Shown here in pieces: positions 20,415-30,566 of a stretch of 64,000 nt of DNA. Position numbers and translations under genes: made by a program. The DNA lies in contig OZ244587.1 in the NCBI GenBank assembly GCA_965218095.1, forward strand, positions 2,240,001 through 2,304,000, read 5' to 3'. Numbering within the stretch: position 1 is the stretch's first letter; each line of letters begins with the position of its first letter. The stretch comes from Candidatus Poribacteria bacterium (GTDB lineage Bacteria; Poribacteria; WGA-4E; PCPOR2b). The notes under the pieces were generated by a model. That model had not been told where the DNA came from, ran no database searches, and saw only the letters and a program-made list of their open reading frames with translations.

Positions 20415-21629
20415 TTACTTAAAACTCATTAGGGATCGCAAAGCCGTACCGATAAACCCTAACTGTTCCTCGCGCAGCAGCCCATAGTTGTAGAATGTCG
20501 CTCCTGCTGCGCCTGCGTCTGCGACAGCCTTCAACTGTTCTGCCAGGGCGCCGGATTCAGTCAATCTGCCACCCCCAATCGGAATAAACACTTCGCCTCC
20601 CGGAGCGATTCGGCGGATAAGGTCTTTCACCTGTTCAGATGCCTTCTCGCCGGTTTCCGTGAGGGTGAAGCTCAGTCGATCTATACTTTTATTGATGACC
20701 GGATTCAAATCATTTCTCCGAGCAGTGGTCGCATCCGCCAGGTTCGCTTGAACCTTGGCTCCACCCTGGTGGATGACCTCGGCGACCTTGAGCCAAAGCG
20801 CCGTTGTGTGCCTCCGGCTGATCTCCAGGTACTGTTTTAGTTGGCCGCTAAAGGCTTCGGCTATCCACACCTCAGTGACTGGTGCCTCGTCTTCCTCGGT
20901 GGGCAATCGAGCAAGTCGAGGTCGCAGCCAGTCAACCACCTGCTGTTGAAAGCGTTCCCCATCCATCCCGCCCGCGTTGGCATTCGCTGCGGAAACGGGA
21001 TTAAAGCAGAGACTCAAGAGAAACTGACAACGTGGCGAGAGCCCCGCACGTCGTTTTGAAGGAGCGCAAAACCCACGCCGCATCAGTGATTCAACCCATA
21101 CCGTAGCTGGTTTATACCGCTCGATAACTTCAGTCGTCAAAGCCAGAAAATATTCTTGTACATCGGGCGGCACTGTACTGAGTTCCCCAACATAAGGATT
21201 TCCGAAGGCATCGTGTTTCGCGAATTCAGGATACTGTTCCGATAGGTAATCCTGAAATGTATACACCATCCATGCGGAAAACGTTAACCCACGCTTTTCA
21301 ATTGCCTCAACGATCCGATCAAAATACGCAGCGTCTGTCACCTCCTTGCTGACGTGGGGCCGTATGCGGGTATTCGCGTACCGGGAAAGATCGGGCGAGA
21401 AATAGATTGCTCCATTTTCCCCGAAGTAAATGGGGCGCCTGGGGTTGTGAGGCAAAAAGTAAGTTGAACGATGATAGCACGGTGTCAACAAGAGCTCCGG
21501 ACAACCTGTCAAATCGATGATTCGACTCAGCGCAGAATCCAGTCCTTCATCCATCAAATCCCACGGATAGGTATATAATGCACCGACAAATGGTTGATTC
21601 GGCATTTCAGGAACCTCCGCTTTTTTCAC
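20415..21629 (-). CDS. Hypothetical glycoside-hydrolase-like TIM-barrel protein
   Basis: YPWDL..YH..FLPHNP N-terminus and FYNYGLL C-terminus; overlaps its neighbour as in an operon. Confidence 0.65.
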   Translation of the reverse strand: MKKAEVPEMPNQPFVGALYTYPWDLMDEGLDSALSRIIDLTGCPELLLTPCYHRSTYFLPHNPRRPIYFGENGAIYFSPDLSRYANTRIRPHVSKEVTDAAYFDRIVEAIEKRGLTFSAWMVYTFQDYLSEQYPEFAKHDAFGNPYVGELSTVPPDVQEYFLALTTEVIERYKPATVWVESLMRRGFCAPSKRRAGLSPRCQFLLSLCFNPVSAANANAGGMDGERFQQQVVDWLRPRLARLPTEEDEAPVTEVWIAEAFSGQLKQYLEISRRHTTALWLKVAEVIHQGGAKVQANLADATTARRNDLNPVINKSIDRLSFTLTETGEKASEQVKDLIRRIAPGGEVFIPIGGGRLTESGALAEQLKAVADAGAAGATFYNYGLLREEQLGFIGTALRSLMSFK

Positions 21630-23254
21630 GCGTTATAGTTGACGTAGATTTCCACATGCTGAACCACGAGCGGAACCTTGAGCCGAGGGTTGCGCTCCAC
21701 CAAACACACCTGAATCTCATGTGGCCCCCAATCCCCCCCGATAAGATTGGGATTCAGAGCAACCTGCTCTGGCGAAAGTTCCCACACGAGCCAACTATTC
21801 TCGGACACGTCAGAGGGGTCGTTGGGGTCCTCGGCGGCGGCGTTGTAGGCGACTGGAGGACCGAGATCCTGCCCATCTAGCCCCACCACTACCTTGTCCG
21901 CGGGCGAAAAATGCGCGAATTCAATCTGCAGCACCACGCTTTCTAATCTGCCCCCTTTTGCCTCCTCGACGACGTTATCGTGGACGGGAACGTGGAACGT
22001 GGGACCATCTCCGCTGAGCGTACGGTAGAGCGTCACGGGCGTCTCGCCATAGATGCGGTCATCTCGCTCTGCATCGCCCCGCAAGCCTCCCTTTGATGCG
22101 ATGCTACGATGGACAGCGGCATAGATCTTGTTCCTTCCTTCCAGCGTCTTGGGCGCACCAATCGTGGTCAAGAGGGCGCGCCGCGTCTTATCATTCGCAT
22201 GCCAGTTAAAGACATAGATGCCGTCGGCACCGCGATCAAAATAACCCTTGGCGACAGCGCGAAACCATGCCTCCCGCCACGCGGAGACGGAAACCAGACG
22301 TTGTGCCTGCTGCCTCCCATCGCTGTCAAAACCGCCATACAACTTTATCCCGGTAGCCTTGAGCACCTCCGCAAACGCCTCCACCTCAATTCCGGGATCG
22401 GTGCCGGAGTTCCCCGCAGGAATGACGATATCACAAAGCCCCTCCTTCGCCCATGTCTCAACATCGTATCCAATTCGCCGACATGCCTCCATCGTCGTGC
22501 CGATTCGCACTGCTACATAGAAGGGTCTGCCGCGCGCTTGAGCGATTTCGTCTGTCATCTGTCGCACGGCACGCTGCAGGTCGGTGAGCACATAACGGAG
22601 TCGGTAAGCGTCATTTTCGGGGAGGTGGAAGGCGTGTCGCTGCCAGTCCAATTCCACCCCATCCCAGTCAGCCAATCTGCAAGCTTCGGTGATGTGCTGT
22701 AGTCGGTGCGCTCTGACTTCGGGAACTGCCATATTCCACGAGGTAGTGCACCAACCAGGGGCTTCATCCCCAAGGCACCATTCGGGGTGGGCTTTGCGCA
22801 TCTGCATCAGACCACCTCTGACCACCTTCGTCATTTCTTCAAGGTTCTGGATGTCCCAGAAGTGCTGATCGTTCATCCTGATGGAGGTGAAGACATCAAT
22901 CTCCATGTCATGCCCGCGCTGCACCATTGCCGCATAAGGGTTCTCGCCGCGCTCAAACATAGCGCGAATGTTCTCGGCATGCCGCATACCGTTCACCGAG
23001 TCGTACACCCGATTGACCGAGTCACCCACCACCTCCATCGTTTCTGAGGGCCATTCTGCTTCGTGGACGCCGATGCACCAAAAAAGCGCCCCTACTTGTG
23101 TGTCCTTTATCGGAGCGTAGACCTTTTCCAGAAACTGTTCCTCCGACTGCGGGTATTCCGAGTAGCCGAGTGGTGCGCCGTCCCAGTTGTAGATAATCTT
23201 GTAGGGGGGAGGCGACGCCCTTTTGACGTAAGATTTAATGGGATACTCTTTCAT
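21626..23254 (-). CDS. GHL10-like glycoside hydrolase-like protein
   Basis: IIYNWDG, SIRMND.H, DGVELDW, GADGIYVFN. Confidence 0.75.
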   Translation of the reverse strand: MKEYPIKSYVKRASPPPYKIIYNWDGAPLGYSEYPQSEEQFLEKVYAPIKDTQVGALFWCIGVHEAEWPSETMEVVGDSVNRVYDSVNGMRHAENIRAMFERGENPYAAMVQRGHDMEIDVFTSIRMNDQHFWDIQNLEEMTKVVRGGLMQMRKAHPEWCLGDEAPGWCTTSWNMAVPEVRAHRLQHITEACRLADWDGVELDWQRHAFHLPENDAYRLRYVLTDLQRAVRQMTDEIAQARGRPFYVAVRIGTTMEACRRIGYDVETWAKEGLCDIVIPAGNSGTDPGIEVEAFAEVLKATGIKLYGGFDSDGRQQAQRLVSVSAWREAWFRAVAKGYFDRGADGIYVFNWHANDKTRRALLTTIGAPKTLEGRNKIYAAVHRSIASKGGLRGDAERDDRIYGETPVTLYRTLSGDGPTFHVPVHDNVVEEAKGGRLESVVLQIEFAHFSPADKVVVGLDGQDLGPPVAYNAAAEDPNDPSDVSENSWLVWELSPEQVALNPNLIGGDWGPHEIQVCLVERNPRLKVPLVVQHVEIYVNYNA

Positions 23255-23302
23255 TTGGATCGTCTCCTAATTTTTACGGTGTAGTTGAATTATAATCCAA
23301 AA

Positions 23303-23550
23303 TTACTCTTTTGCGCCATCCAAGCCTATCTCAGCAATAGAATTGGCATGAATCAGTTCTCACAACAATTGGTCTAACTCCTCAATAGATTCAATGGCTT
23401 GTACCTACCCATTGATAGTTTGGGGAAGTGTGCTAAATTTTCATTCAACAGGGATAGCAAGACTTCACGCCATGATCTCAATGCCTCTTCAGTGCATCCC
23501 TGTTCAATCCCCTTTCATTCCCAAGACGTGATGAATTCTATGACTGTCAT
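23303..23550 (-). pseudogene. Orphan Rpn C-terminal (RpnS/DUF4351-like) remnant
   Basis: EFITSWE*KGIEQG..LLSLLNE/..IEELDQLL*ELIHANSIAEIGLDGAKE*, which aligns with the C-terminus of 41004-41249. Confidence 0.7.
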
Positions 23551-23673
23551 CTCCTCTCGTTAAATCAGGAGAAATTGGAAAAGGGAAAGTGATTGGTAAA
23601 ATACAAGCCCAAACACATAAGGAATGCATCAGAATACTTTCCACTTTCCATTTCCCACTTTTGGTGACAAGCG

Positions 23674-25245
23674 CTACCCTCCCGACGGTGCAATGCGTTC
23701 CACCTCAAGCCCCTCCGGGCGCACAAAGTCCTTGTAGCGCGTCTTTATCTCGACGCCGTTCACACTCCGGGTAAAACCCGCCGTCTTCGTAAACCGCTTG
23801 GATTCGATCTCCAGCGTGTTCTCGCCTCGTCTGAGGTCGTCCAGTTCCAGCTTGTATCGGAACCAGTGGGCAGACATCCCTAGCGGCGCCTGGATGTGCA
23901 TCGAACCAGCGAGTTTTACCTGGATGGTCAGAGCACGCTCGTCGGTGATTTCGGCGTTCTCCCAGGGCAGAACCCTACCATTGAAGCGGAACTCAATGTC
24001 GTCTTCAATGCAGAAAAAGGAAAACCGGATCGTGAGCATCGGTTTCCGCATCTCTCCATCTTTCTTCGCGCTTTCAATGTCATCGGCAACCCAGATGTTG
24101 AGAGTAGCGGTCTCTCCCTCCTCAAGAGCCAATGGCAACTGGCGCTCTGGGGTAGTTGTTGGTTTACCTTCTTCTCCTTCTCGCGGCTGGAGTATATAAC
24201 ACTTGTCACACCTGGCGTGGACTTCGGGATACGCCACTTCGCGCAAAATCTGGTACTCTCTGTCGCTGAAGGGCCAGGGTAGGTATCCGTGATACATGCC
24301 GGACCATCCATCCCAATGAAGCGTCTGCCCCAACGCATGGTACATTTCAATACTCGGCAGGCCGACCCGTTCATCGTACACGCGCCTCGGAGGACGGTAG
24401 TAAGCCGCGCCTCCGGCCGCGTTTGCTGCATCCGGCAACCATCGTGGCTTTGGTCCTATTTCGGTAAGTACATACTCGTCCTGTCCGACGACATAATCGA
24501 TGCTTCGCTCCTTGAGCCACGTCTCCACATCAAGTCCAATTGCCAGATTATACTCTTTGTTGAGACCGACACGCGCCATGATGGGAATTTCCTTTCCTTG
24601 CTGCTTCCCAATCTCGTTTGCCATCTGCCGGATCTCGGCGATGAAACGGTTCATCAACGGCGTGTTTTTTTCTATCTCAGCGCTTTTGAAGTAGAAACGA
24701 TCGAACATAAAGTCCAGTTCGAGTCCATCAGCCTCGTAGTCCTCCAACATCTCCCGGAGCACGGCGAGTTTGTCCTGTTGCACCAGCTCATGGGCGAAGT
24801 CGTAGCACCACTCCGCGCGACCTTCCTCGCCGATGCAAACCTCTGCACCGTGCTCCCACTTCAGCAGTCCGCAGCGCTCGCCCCCAGGTGGCGTACTGGC
24901 CTGCAGCTTCAGGGAAGGAAATACAGTAAGCCCCATTTCCCACCCCCGCTTAATGACTTCGCGCACCTGATCGGTGCCCAGCTTCTGGGCTTCTTCCACC
25001 ATGCGCATGATGCGCCAGTCGATGTAGTTATCCCAAACTTCCTTCATTTGCCCGACAACACGTCCGACCTTGCTATTGTGGAAATAGACGTCAGCGTATC
25101 CTAAACCCAGCACCAGGAGATCCACGCCGGTGCCGAGTACTTCATCGACGGGCCATTGGAGCATGTGGATAGAAGCAGGTGGTTCTATCCGTTTTGCATT
25201 GAAGTGATGGGCGTCGTTGTAATAGATCAGTCTTGGTTTCTTCAT
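23674..25245 (-). CDS. GHL10-like glycoside hydrolase-like protein (paralog)
   Basis: LIYYNDAHH, DGLELDF, GLDVETW and a C-terminal beta-sandwich. Confidence 0.75.
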   Translation of the reverse strand: MKKPRLIYYNDAHHFNAKRIEPPASIHMLQWPVDEVLGTGVDLLVLGLGYADVYFHNSKVGRVVGQMKEVWDNYIDWRIMRMVEEAQKLGTDQVREVIKRGWEMGLTVFPSLKLQASTPPGGERCGLLKWEHGAEVCIGEEGRAEWCYDFAHELVQQDKLAVLREMLEDYEADGLELDFMFDRFYFKSAEIEKNTPLMNRFIAEIRQMANEIGKQQGKEIPIMARVGLNKEYNLAIGLDVETWLKERSIDYVVGQDEYVLTEIGPKPRWLPDAANAAGGAAYYRPPRRVYDERVGLPSIEMYHALGQTLHWDGWSGMYHGYLPWPFSDREYQILREVAYPEVHARCDKCYILQPREGEEGKPTTTPERQLPLALEEGETATLNIWVADDIESAKKDGEMRKPMLTIRFSFFCIEDDIEFRFNGRVLPWENAEITDERALTIQVKLAGSMHIQAPLGMSAHWFRYKLELDDLRRGENTLEIESKRFTKTAGFTRSVNGVEIKTRYKDFVRPEGLEVERIAPSGG

Positions 25246-25309
25246 AGCAGTTATTCCTCTCGGTAAAATTGAATTGGTATTGTTAAGTACCTGTTAAGTT
25301 TTGGTAGCT

Positions 25310-25342
25310 TAGACCGACAGGTTTCCAAAACCTGTCGGTCTA
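25310..25342. repeat. REP-like palindrome
   Basis: tagaccgacaggttt-cca-aaacctgtcggtcta. Related copies lie at 32164-32196 and 54647-54677. Confidence 0.8.
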
Positions 25343-25480
25343 GCGGTGGAGAATTTGTGTCCATGTACTTAGTTGACAGGAATTCTTGACTGCCAGAATC
25401 CCTTTCTGCATCTCCCTCCCTTCGAAATTTCAGGAGCGGACAGCAGACATTTTTCTCCTGCGAATCATGGAAGCAAAAAA

Positions 25481-26473
25481 TTAGCTTCGTCCCGCCCGTA
25501 CCTGCTTGATGAACCGCATGGCATTCCCCGAGAAGTGATCCTCGATTTCCTCCCGGGTCAACCCCAGCATATCTGCCACCTGCCGTTCCTGGCGTAACTG
25601 CTCGTAGATCACAAACGTCGGTGTCGGATCACAGTGAAGAAGCTCCGGAAACCCCCCGAAAAAATCCCAGGCTTGACCGTAGGTGATATACTTGCCACGC
25701 CCACACCCAGCAGCGATGTTATCCGACCCAAACATCACACGTTTGCGCTCTTCGTGTCTCATTAGCAGATAGTGCGAGTAGATGTCGTTCACCGCTGAAG
25801 TGTCGTACCAGATATTCGGCATCTCCTTGAGGGTGTGAATTGCTTCCTCCAGCGTGAACGCATTGAAGCCCCGGGCACAGTGGGCAAGCACCCACTGGGC
25901 TTTGGGGTACTGCTTGGTATAGTGATGGAGGTCTTTCAGGTTTTCAGGATCAGCCGGCCCAGTTCTTTTGGAGAGGTGCATCGTGATCGCTAGCCCTATG
26001 TCGTGCGCCACCTCAATGAAAGACTCCGGCAAGAAATCGCAGATGCGTGCATTGGCGGGATCTGGAGCGAAAGTCCGATAGGGCTTTAATCCAAAGAAGT
26101 CGTGCTTTTTGACTTGTGCGGCGACATAGTCAGGCGTCATATCCGGCGTGACCATCATGTTGACTTCCGATTGGGGATCTGCCGCCATCTGAGCTGCCAT
26201 CCAATCGTTGTGTCCCTCTGCATCCATGCCCGGAATCGGAGTTCCCAGAACGAGATAGTGCATCTCGCGACCCGGGTATAACTTTGCCGCCCACGCCAGG
26301 TGATCCTGGTAATCAATCTCCCAACGTATCGCGGTAGGAGGATCTGTCAGTGTTCCCTTATGCGCCTCTGACCAGATGTGGGTATGCATGTCGTAGATCA
26401 CTGCGGGTACGAAATCCTCCAGTTCCTTTTCCCAGATCTCACGGTCGAAATCTCTGTAATCAATAGTTCCCAT
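25481..26473 (-). CDS. Amidohydrolase family protein (Amidohydro_2)
   Basis: DMHTH, LAHCAR, WYDTSA, FGSD. Confidence 0.88.
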   Translation of the reverse strand: MGTIDYRDFDREIWEKELEDFVPAVIYDMHTHIWSEAHKGTLTDPPTAIRWEIDYQDHLAWAAKLYPGREMHYLVLGTPIPGMDAEGHNDWMAAQMAADPQSEVNMMVTPDMTPDYVAAQVKKHDFFGLKPYRTFAPDPANARICDFLPESFIEVAHDIGLAITMHLSKRTGPADPENLKDLHHYTKQYPKAQWVLAHCARGFNAFTLEEAIHTLKEMPNIWYDTSAVNDIYSHYLLMRHEERKRVMFGSDNIAAGCGRGKYITYGQAWDFFGGFPELLHCDPTPTFVIYEQLRQERQVADMLGLTREEIEDHFSGNAMRFIKQVRAGRS

Positions 26474-26487
26474 AGGTTTCACCTCTG

Positions 26488-26765
26488 TCAATCGTGATCT
26501 GCCTTAAGCGCGGCGATTGGTTCATCTTCACTATCGAAATGCCCAAGCGTGCTGATTAATCGGCTCCTGATAATGAGGTTCTTGATGTTATCGCCAACGT
26601 TGATGACAGCAAGCTGTCCGCCTCTGCGTGTAATCAATGTGTGTGCTGCCATTAAGGTGCCGAGCCCCGAACTGCCCATTATTGAGACCTCAGCAAAATC
26701 AACTAAAAGTTGGGGGATTCCAGAAACATTAGCAACATTGGTAAGTTGCTCATCTAGATTTTCTC
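26488..26765 (-). pseudogene. STAS anti-sigma antagonist remnant lacking its N-terminus
   Basis: Aligns to 62736-63080 from LDEQL onward. DSSGLG has decayed to GSSGLG. Confidence 0.75.
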
Positions 26766-27102
26766 CTATCTTGACTTGTCCCCATTTTTGAGTTCTCCCC
26801 ATGTCAAAGGCCATTTTCCCGCCGGAGAAACAAACTGTCCAGTGTCAGGTCCCCAAATCGCGGCTTCTGCATCTCTAGCGGGATGATTTGTCAGGTTGCG
26901 GAGATTTCCTCCGTCTTTATCCATGAACTCATGTACGAAACGTAGGTGTTAAAAAAGATGCTATTTTCAGTTCCGCTTGCCGGCTTTGAGACCCAGGCTA
27001 CCCAAGCTGGTTGGGTGAATTATCGCAGGCTGCAAGCACAGCGAGGTACACCCCCATTGTTAGCAGGGAGATTATCAGGAAGCAGACAAATTTCTTACGC
27101 AT
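26766..27102 (-). pseudogene. Collapsed secreted TolB/PD40-type protein remnant with C-terminal VSPAGKWPLTWGELK motif
   Basis: SD aaggag, signal peptide MRKKFVCFLIISLL, in-frame stops, a MDKDGGNLRNLTNHPARD fragment and the terminal motif. Confidence 0.65.
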
Positions 27103-27209
27103 TTTGTTAATCTCCTTTTTTTGGCAATGTTAAGAAGGGAAATGTCCACTCCTCAAACTTCGGGTATTACTACAAGTAGCATGGTTCATTTTTCCCCAAT
27201 TTAACCTCC

Positions 27210-28148
27210 TCAAGGTCTAAAAGGTTCTCCCGTCCGGTGCAGTTCTTTGGTGATGGCAAGTTGACAGGTCACATAAGAACCATCCCGTTGGTATCCACGG
27301 CGATTCAAGGTGCCGGCGGCATACCCTGGTCGGGCGTCACCAATGGTCCCAACAATAAGGTTGGCGTGCTCAGCTGTGGTATCGTAGCGGTCGGCGAGCA
27401 GCCCTACCATGTTAGCCCAGGCGATTTTCAGCGCCTCTTCCCACGTAGCTCCCTTGCCAGAGGTGAGGATTTCATCGGGGGCCTCTACCACCCTAGTGGT
27501 CTCTACCACTGGATTGCCGGTCGGAAAGCCGGGCGAACGGTTCACCTTCAGGGTGATAGCAGAGTCGATTTCAACCCCGGTACCGGTCAACTCTCCGTCC
27601 CCCATCCGGGCGTGGACATCACCTAACGAAAGGTATCCTCCAGGTTTTTGGGCGTGGATGTGCAGGGTGCTGCCGGGTTGGACGGAATTGAAGTCCATAT
27701 TGCCGCCCAGGTCCAGGGCGCCGGCATGCGGGGCTACCGGTTCCAACTGAACGACCCCAATCATTGGTCTTATCGGCACGACAAAGTCCGGGGGAAAATA
27801 GATTAGCCCGTCGCGCACAGGAGCGATCAAGCGCACACTACCCCAGAAAGGCCCCCCGTTACGGTAAAAGCCGTAGGTCCCCACCTCGATGTCAATAATT
27901 TCTATCGCAACCCAATCGCCGGGCTCGATACCTTCGATCAGCAATGGACCTCCGGGACGGGACCCGCGTGGCGTCGTGATGTCCAAGGGTATACCCGGCT
28001 TGAGCTCACCGGTCAGGCTGATGTCCTGGTCGTGCCCGCCTACGGTTTCAATAACGACGGTCTCACCCAGTTTTAGCGTGCCTCTGACTTTGCCACGTTC
28101 CAGATCGTCTAGTCCAGTATAGCAGGGGGTTCGAGTGAAGCGTCGCAT
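27210..28148 (-). CDS. Acetamidase/formamidase family protein
   Basis: GP..IEG.EPGD, GGNMD, GDVHARMGDGE. Confidence 0.9.
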   Translation of the reverse strand: MRRFTRTPCYTGLDDLERGKVRGTLKLGETVVIETVGGHDQDISLTGELKPGIPLDITTPRGSRPGGPLLIEGIEPGDWVAIEIIDIEVGTYGFYRNGGPFWGSVRLIAPVRDGLIYFPPDFVVPIRPMIGVVQLEPVAPHAGALDLGGNMDFNSVQPGSTLHIHAQKPGGYLSLGDVHARMGDGELTGTGVEIDSAITLKVNRSPGFPTGNPVVETTRVVEAPDEILTSGKGATWEEALKIAWANMVGLLADRYDTTAEHANLIVGTIGDARPGYAAGTLNRRGYQRDGSYVTCQLAITKELHRTGEPFRP

Positions 28149-28214
28149 AGCCTTTTACCTCCTTTATGGCTTGTTATACTGATTTTGGATTGAAACTTAA
28201 TTTTGTCCGTTTAC

Positions 28215-29006
28215 TTATTTCCGCGTTTCTATGGTCAAATCGTCACTCGCTATCGTAGGGCACCAGAACTTTTCAATGTAACCAATGATGAGTCGCGTTC
28301 CTTCCTCGTGACTCACGTACGGTGGTTTGAACGGATTGTACATCGCGTCCGTGAGATCCCTCATCAACACCACATTGAACTGCTGTCGAACCATAGCCTT
28401 GATAGCAAAAGGTCTACGCAGGATGCACATATTGGTGTGGACCCCCATGTAGATTAAATTCTTGATGCCTTTTTGCACGAGGATGTTATAGACCTCTTGA
28501 CCGCTGTCGCTGATGGCATCTCCATCTTTGATCTCGATCGCCGGATGCTGACGATCCCATGCTTTGAATGTGTTTTCTTCACCCGTGTCTGAACCGCCAT
28601 CTGACGCATCAACCGGCTGGGGTGGATCTGGATGCTCAATAGGTTCGGGCATCTCGGCATGTGGTACATTGAGTACCCAAGATCTCGCCGGGTGTCCTTC
28701 GTAAAAATCCATTGTACCTGACGGCGCATGAATAATCTGTATTCCTTGATGTCTGGCAGCGTTGATCACGATATTCATTCGGGGGGCCATGAGATTAACA
28801 CGCTCTGTCGCTCCCCAGGACCAGTGCTTGTTCCACATATCTACGACAATGACTGCTGTTTCTGATGGGCGCCAGACGACTTCCTCTTCAACAACCCGCC
28901 ATCCGTTGCGTCCGGTTGTTTTGGGTGCCTGCCGAAGGGGCGTCAACCATAATTCTTCAACACCAGTGGACTCGTTTGAACCGATAAGTGGAATGGCGAA
29001 TATCAT
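28215..29006 (-). CDS. Isochorismatase-like cysteine hydrolase
   Basis: VIVVDMW, IIHAPS, MGVHTNMCIL, RDLTD. Confidence 0.85.
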   Translation of the reverse strand: MIFAIPLIGSNESTGVEELWLTPLRQAPKTTGRNGWRVVEEEVVWRPSETAVIVVDMWNKHWSWGATERVNLMAPRMNIVINAARHQGIQIIHAPSGTMDFYEGHPARSWVLNVPHAEMPEPIEHPDPPQPVDASDGGSDTGEENTFKAWDRQHPAIEIKDGDAISDSGQEVYNILVQKGIKNLIYMGVHTNMCILRRPFAIKAMVRQQFNVVLMRDLTDAMYNPFKPPYVSHEEGTRLIIGYIEKFWCPTIASDDLTIETRK

Positions 29007-29090
29007 TGTATTTCTCCTTGTTTTGGGGATGATTCAACTTCAAGACGGTTTAACTTATCGGGCAAAATGACGTTTTCTTTCGTGATTTTA

Positions 29091-30245
29091 TTAGAAGAGT
29101 TCATACTTCAGCAACCGACACTCAATCGGGCCATTATACAGCGTAAACCGCCTGGCAGTGCGTAGACCGATAAATTTCGCCAGTTTCAGATTGCCGGTGA
29201 AGAGGTAAGCCGTATAACCGGTGCATCGCTGTTTAAGCACATTGCCAAAACCTTTGTACAGAGATTTGAGTTCCTCCAATTTCCCTGTCCGTTCACCGTA
29301 GGGCAGATTGCAAACGACCATCCCTCTATTTCCACGCGGACTCAGATTCAGCGCGTCGCCTCTCGCAAAACGGATGTGTTTTCCCATCCCCGCCATTTTG
29401 GCATTCTGTGATGCAATTTCAATTGCCTGCCTTGAAATGTCGTATCCAAGCAGCCGCCCCGGGATTTTTTCACGAATCCCATCCAGCGCTTCATCAACCA
29501 GACGTTGCCACACCGTTCGATCAAATCCAGGCCACCGCTGAAATCCGAAGCCAGTCCGTCCGGAAGTTGTGCTGCAGCATCTTAAGAGTCCGGGTGCGTA
29601 ATTTATCGCTTTCAGCGCCGCTTCAATCAAGATTGTCCCTGAACCGCACATCGGATCAATAAACATCCCCTCATTATCCCACCCACCCAACTCTACAATG
29701 GCCGCGGCTAAGGTTTCTCGGAGAGGGGTGTCCGTTGCCTGACAACGGTATCCCCGCAAATGTAATCGATCGCCAGAAGCGTCAAGACTAAGCACGCACC
29801 AATCTTTCACGGTGTGAGCGTTAATCCGGAGATCGGGATTCCGTAGGTCTACGTTTGGGCGGCTTCCTGTCTTATCTCGAAACTGATCGACAATCGCATC
29901 TTTGATCTTCAGCGCGGCGTAATGGGCGTGAGAAATCTGCGAATCGCGGCAGGTGCAATCAACGGCGAGTGTCTGCCCAAGCGTCATCCAATCGCTCCAG
30001 CGAATTTGGCGGACGTTTTCATATAGAGATTGTGGCGTGGGAGAGGGAAATTCCGCAATCGGCATCAAAACACGATTCGCGGTTCGCAGCCAGAGATTCG
30101 CTCGATAAAGGGTTTCCATCGCTCCTTCAAAATGGACGCCGGCGGTGGTGAGCTGAATGTTCTGTGCATGAATTGCCGCCAACTCTTTTGCGACAAGGGG
30201 TTCAGTACCTTTGGCGGTTGTTGCAAAGAAGCGAGCGTTGGGCAT
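29091..30245 (-). CDS. rlmL: THUMP-domain rRNA guanine methyltransferase (RlmL-like)
   Basis: ANLWLRTANRV, LHLRGYR, PLRETLAAA, DPMCGSGT, NLPYGER. Confidence 0.88.
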   Translation of the reverse strand: MPNARFFATTAKGTEPLVAKELAAIHAQNIQLTTAGVHFEGAMETLYRANLWLRTANRVLMPIAEFPSPTPQSLYENVRQIRWSDWMTLGQTLAVDCTCRDSQISHAHYAALKIKDAIVDQFRDKTGSRPNVDLRNPDLRINAHTVKDWCVLSLDASGDRLHLRGYRCQATDTPLRETLAAAIVELGGWDNEGMFIDPMCGSGTILIEAALKAINYAPGLLRCCSTTSGRTGFGFQRWPGFDRTVWQRLVDEALDGIREKIPGRLLGYDISRQAIEIASQNAKMAGMGKHIRFARGDALNLSPRGNRGMVVCNLPYGERTGKLEELKSLYKGFGNVLKQRCTGYTAYLFTGNLKLAKFIGLRTARRFTLYNGPIECRLLKYELF

Positions 30246-30287
30246 TTTCGACTACCATCATGAATAACGGCCGATGATTACTCAATG

Positions 30288-30551
30288 GGGATGGTGTATT
30301 ATCACTAAACCTTTGACAAATCTGCGCCGTGACTTTCTCGTGCTATGAAAAGGAAAAAATGAAACTCCGATAGATCGCAGCAGAGCCTGGTCTCGCATAG
30401 CGGACTTCGATTCTCGGACTTCGGAACGGAGCTGCGATGCGTGAAACATGAAGCCTCTGACGCAATACACAGTACGCAATACGTTCTCGGCTGATGAAAA
30501 CAGTGCCGCCGGATTTTCTTTGAGTGATAGTATAGGAAAATGAACCATCCC
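30288..30551. mobile_element. MITE-like non-coding element
   Basis: Terminal IR gggatggt/accatccc, flanked on both sides by caatg (putative TSD). Carries the ~68-bp dispersed repeat. Confidence 0.6.
30367..30434. repeat. ~68-bp dispersed repeat, copy A
   Basis: ccgatagatcgcagcagagcctgg..cggaacggagctg, near-identical to 31931-31999. Confidence 0.85.
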
Positions 30552-30566
30552 CAATGCAAATTGGTA

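Noticed and set aside
26766-26814. N-terminus MAFDMGRTQKW of the STAS ORF
   Set aside because: It is an out-of-frame reading of the upstream relic's tail, not STAS sequence.
29550-29582. CCSTTSGRTG segment in the RlmL-like protein as another repeat insertion
   Set aside because: It looks like an insertion but does not match the CCCGAT..ATCGGG family, and cannot be tested without an alignment.
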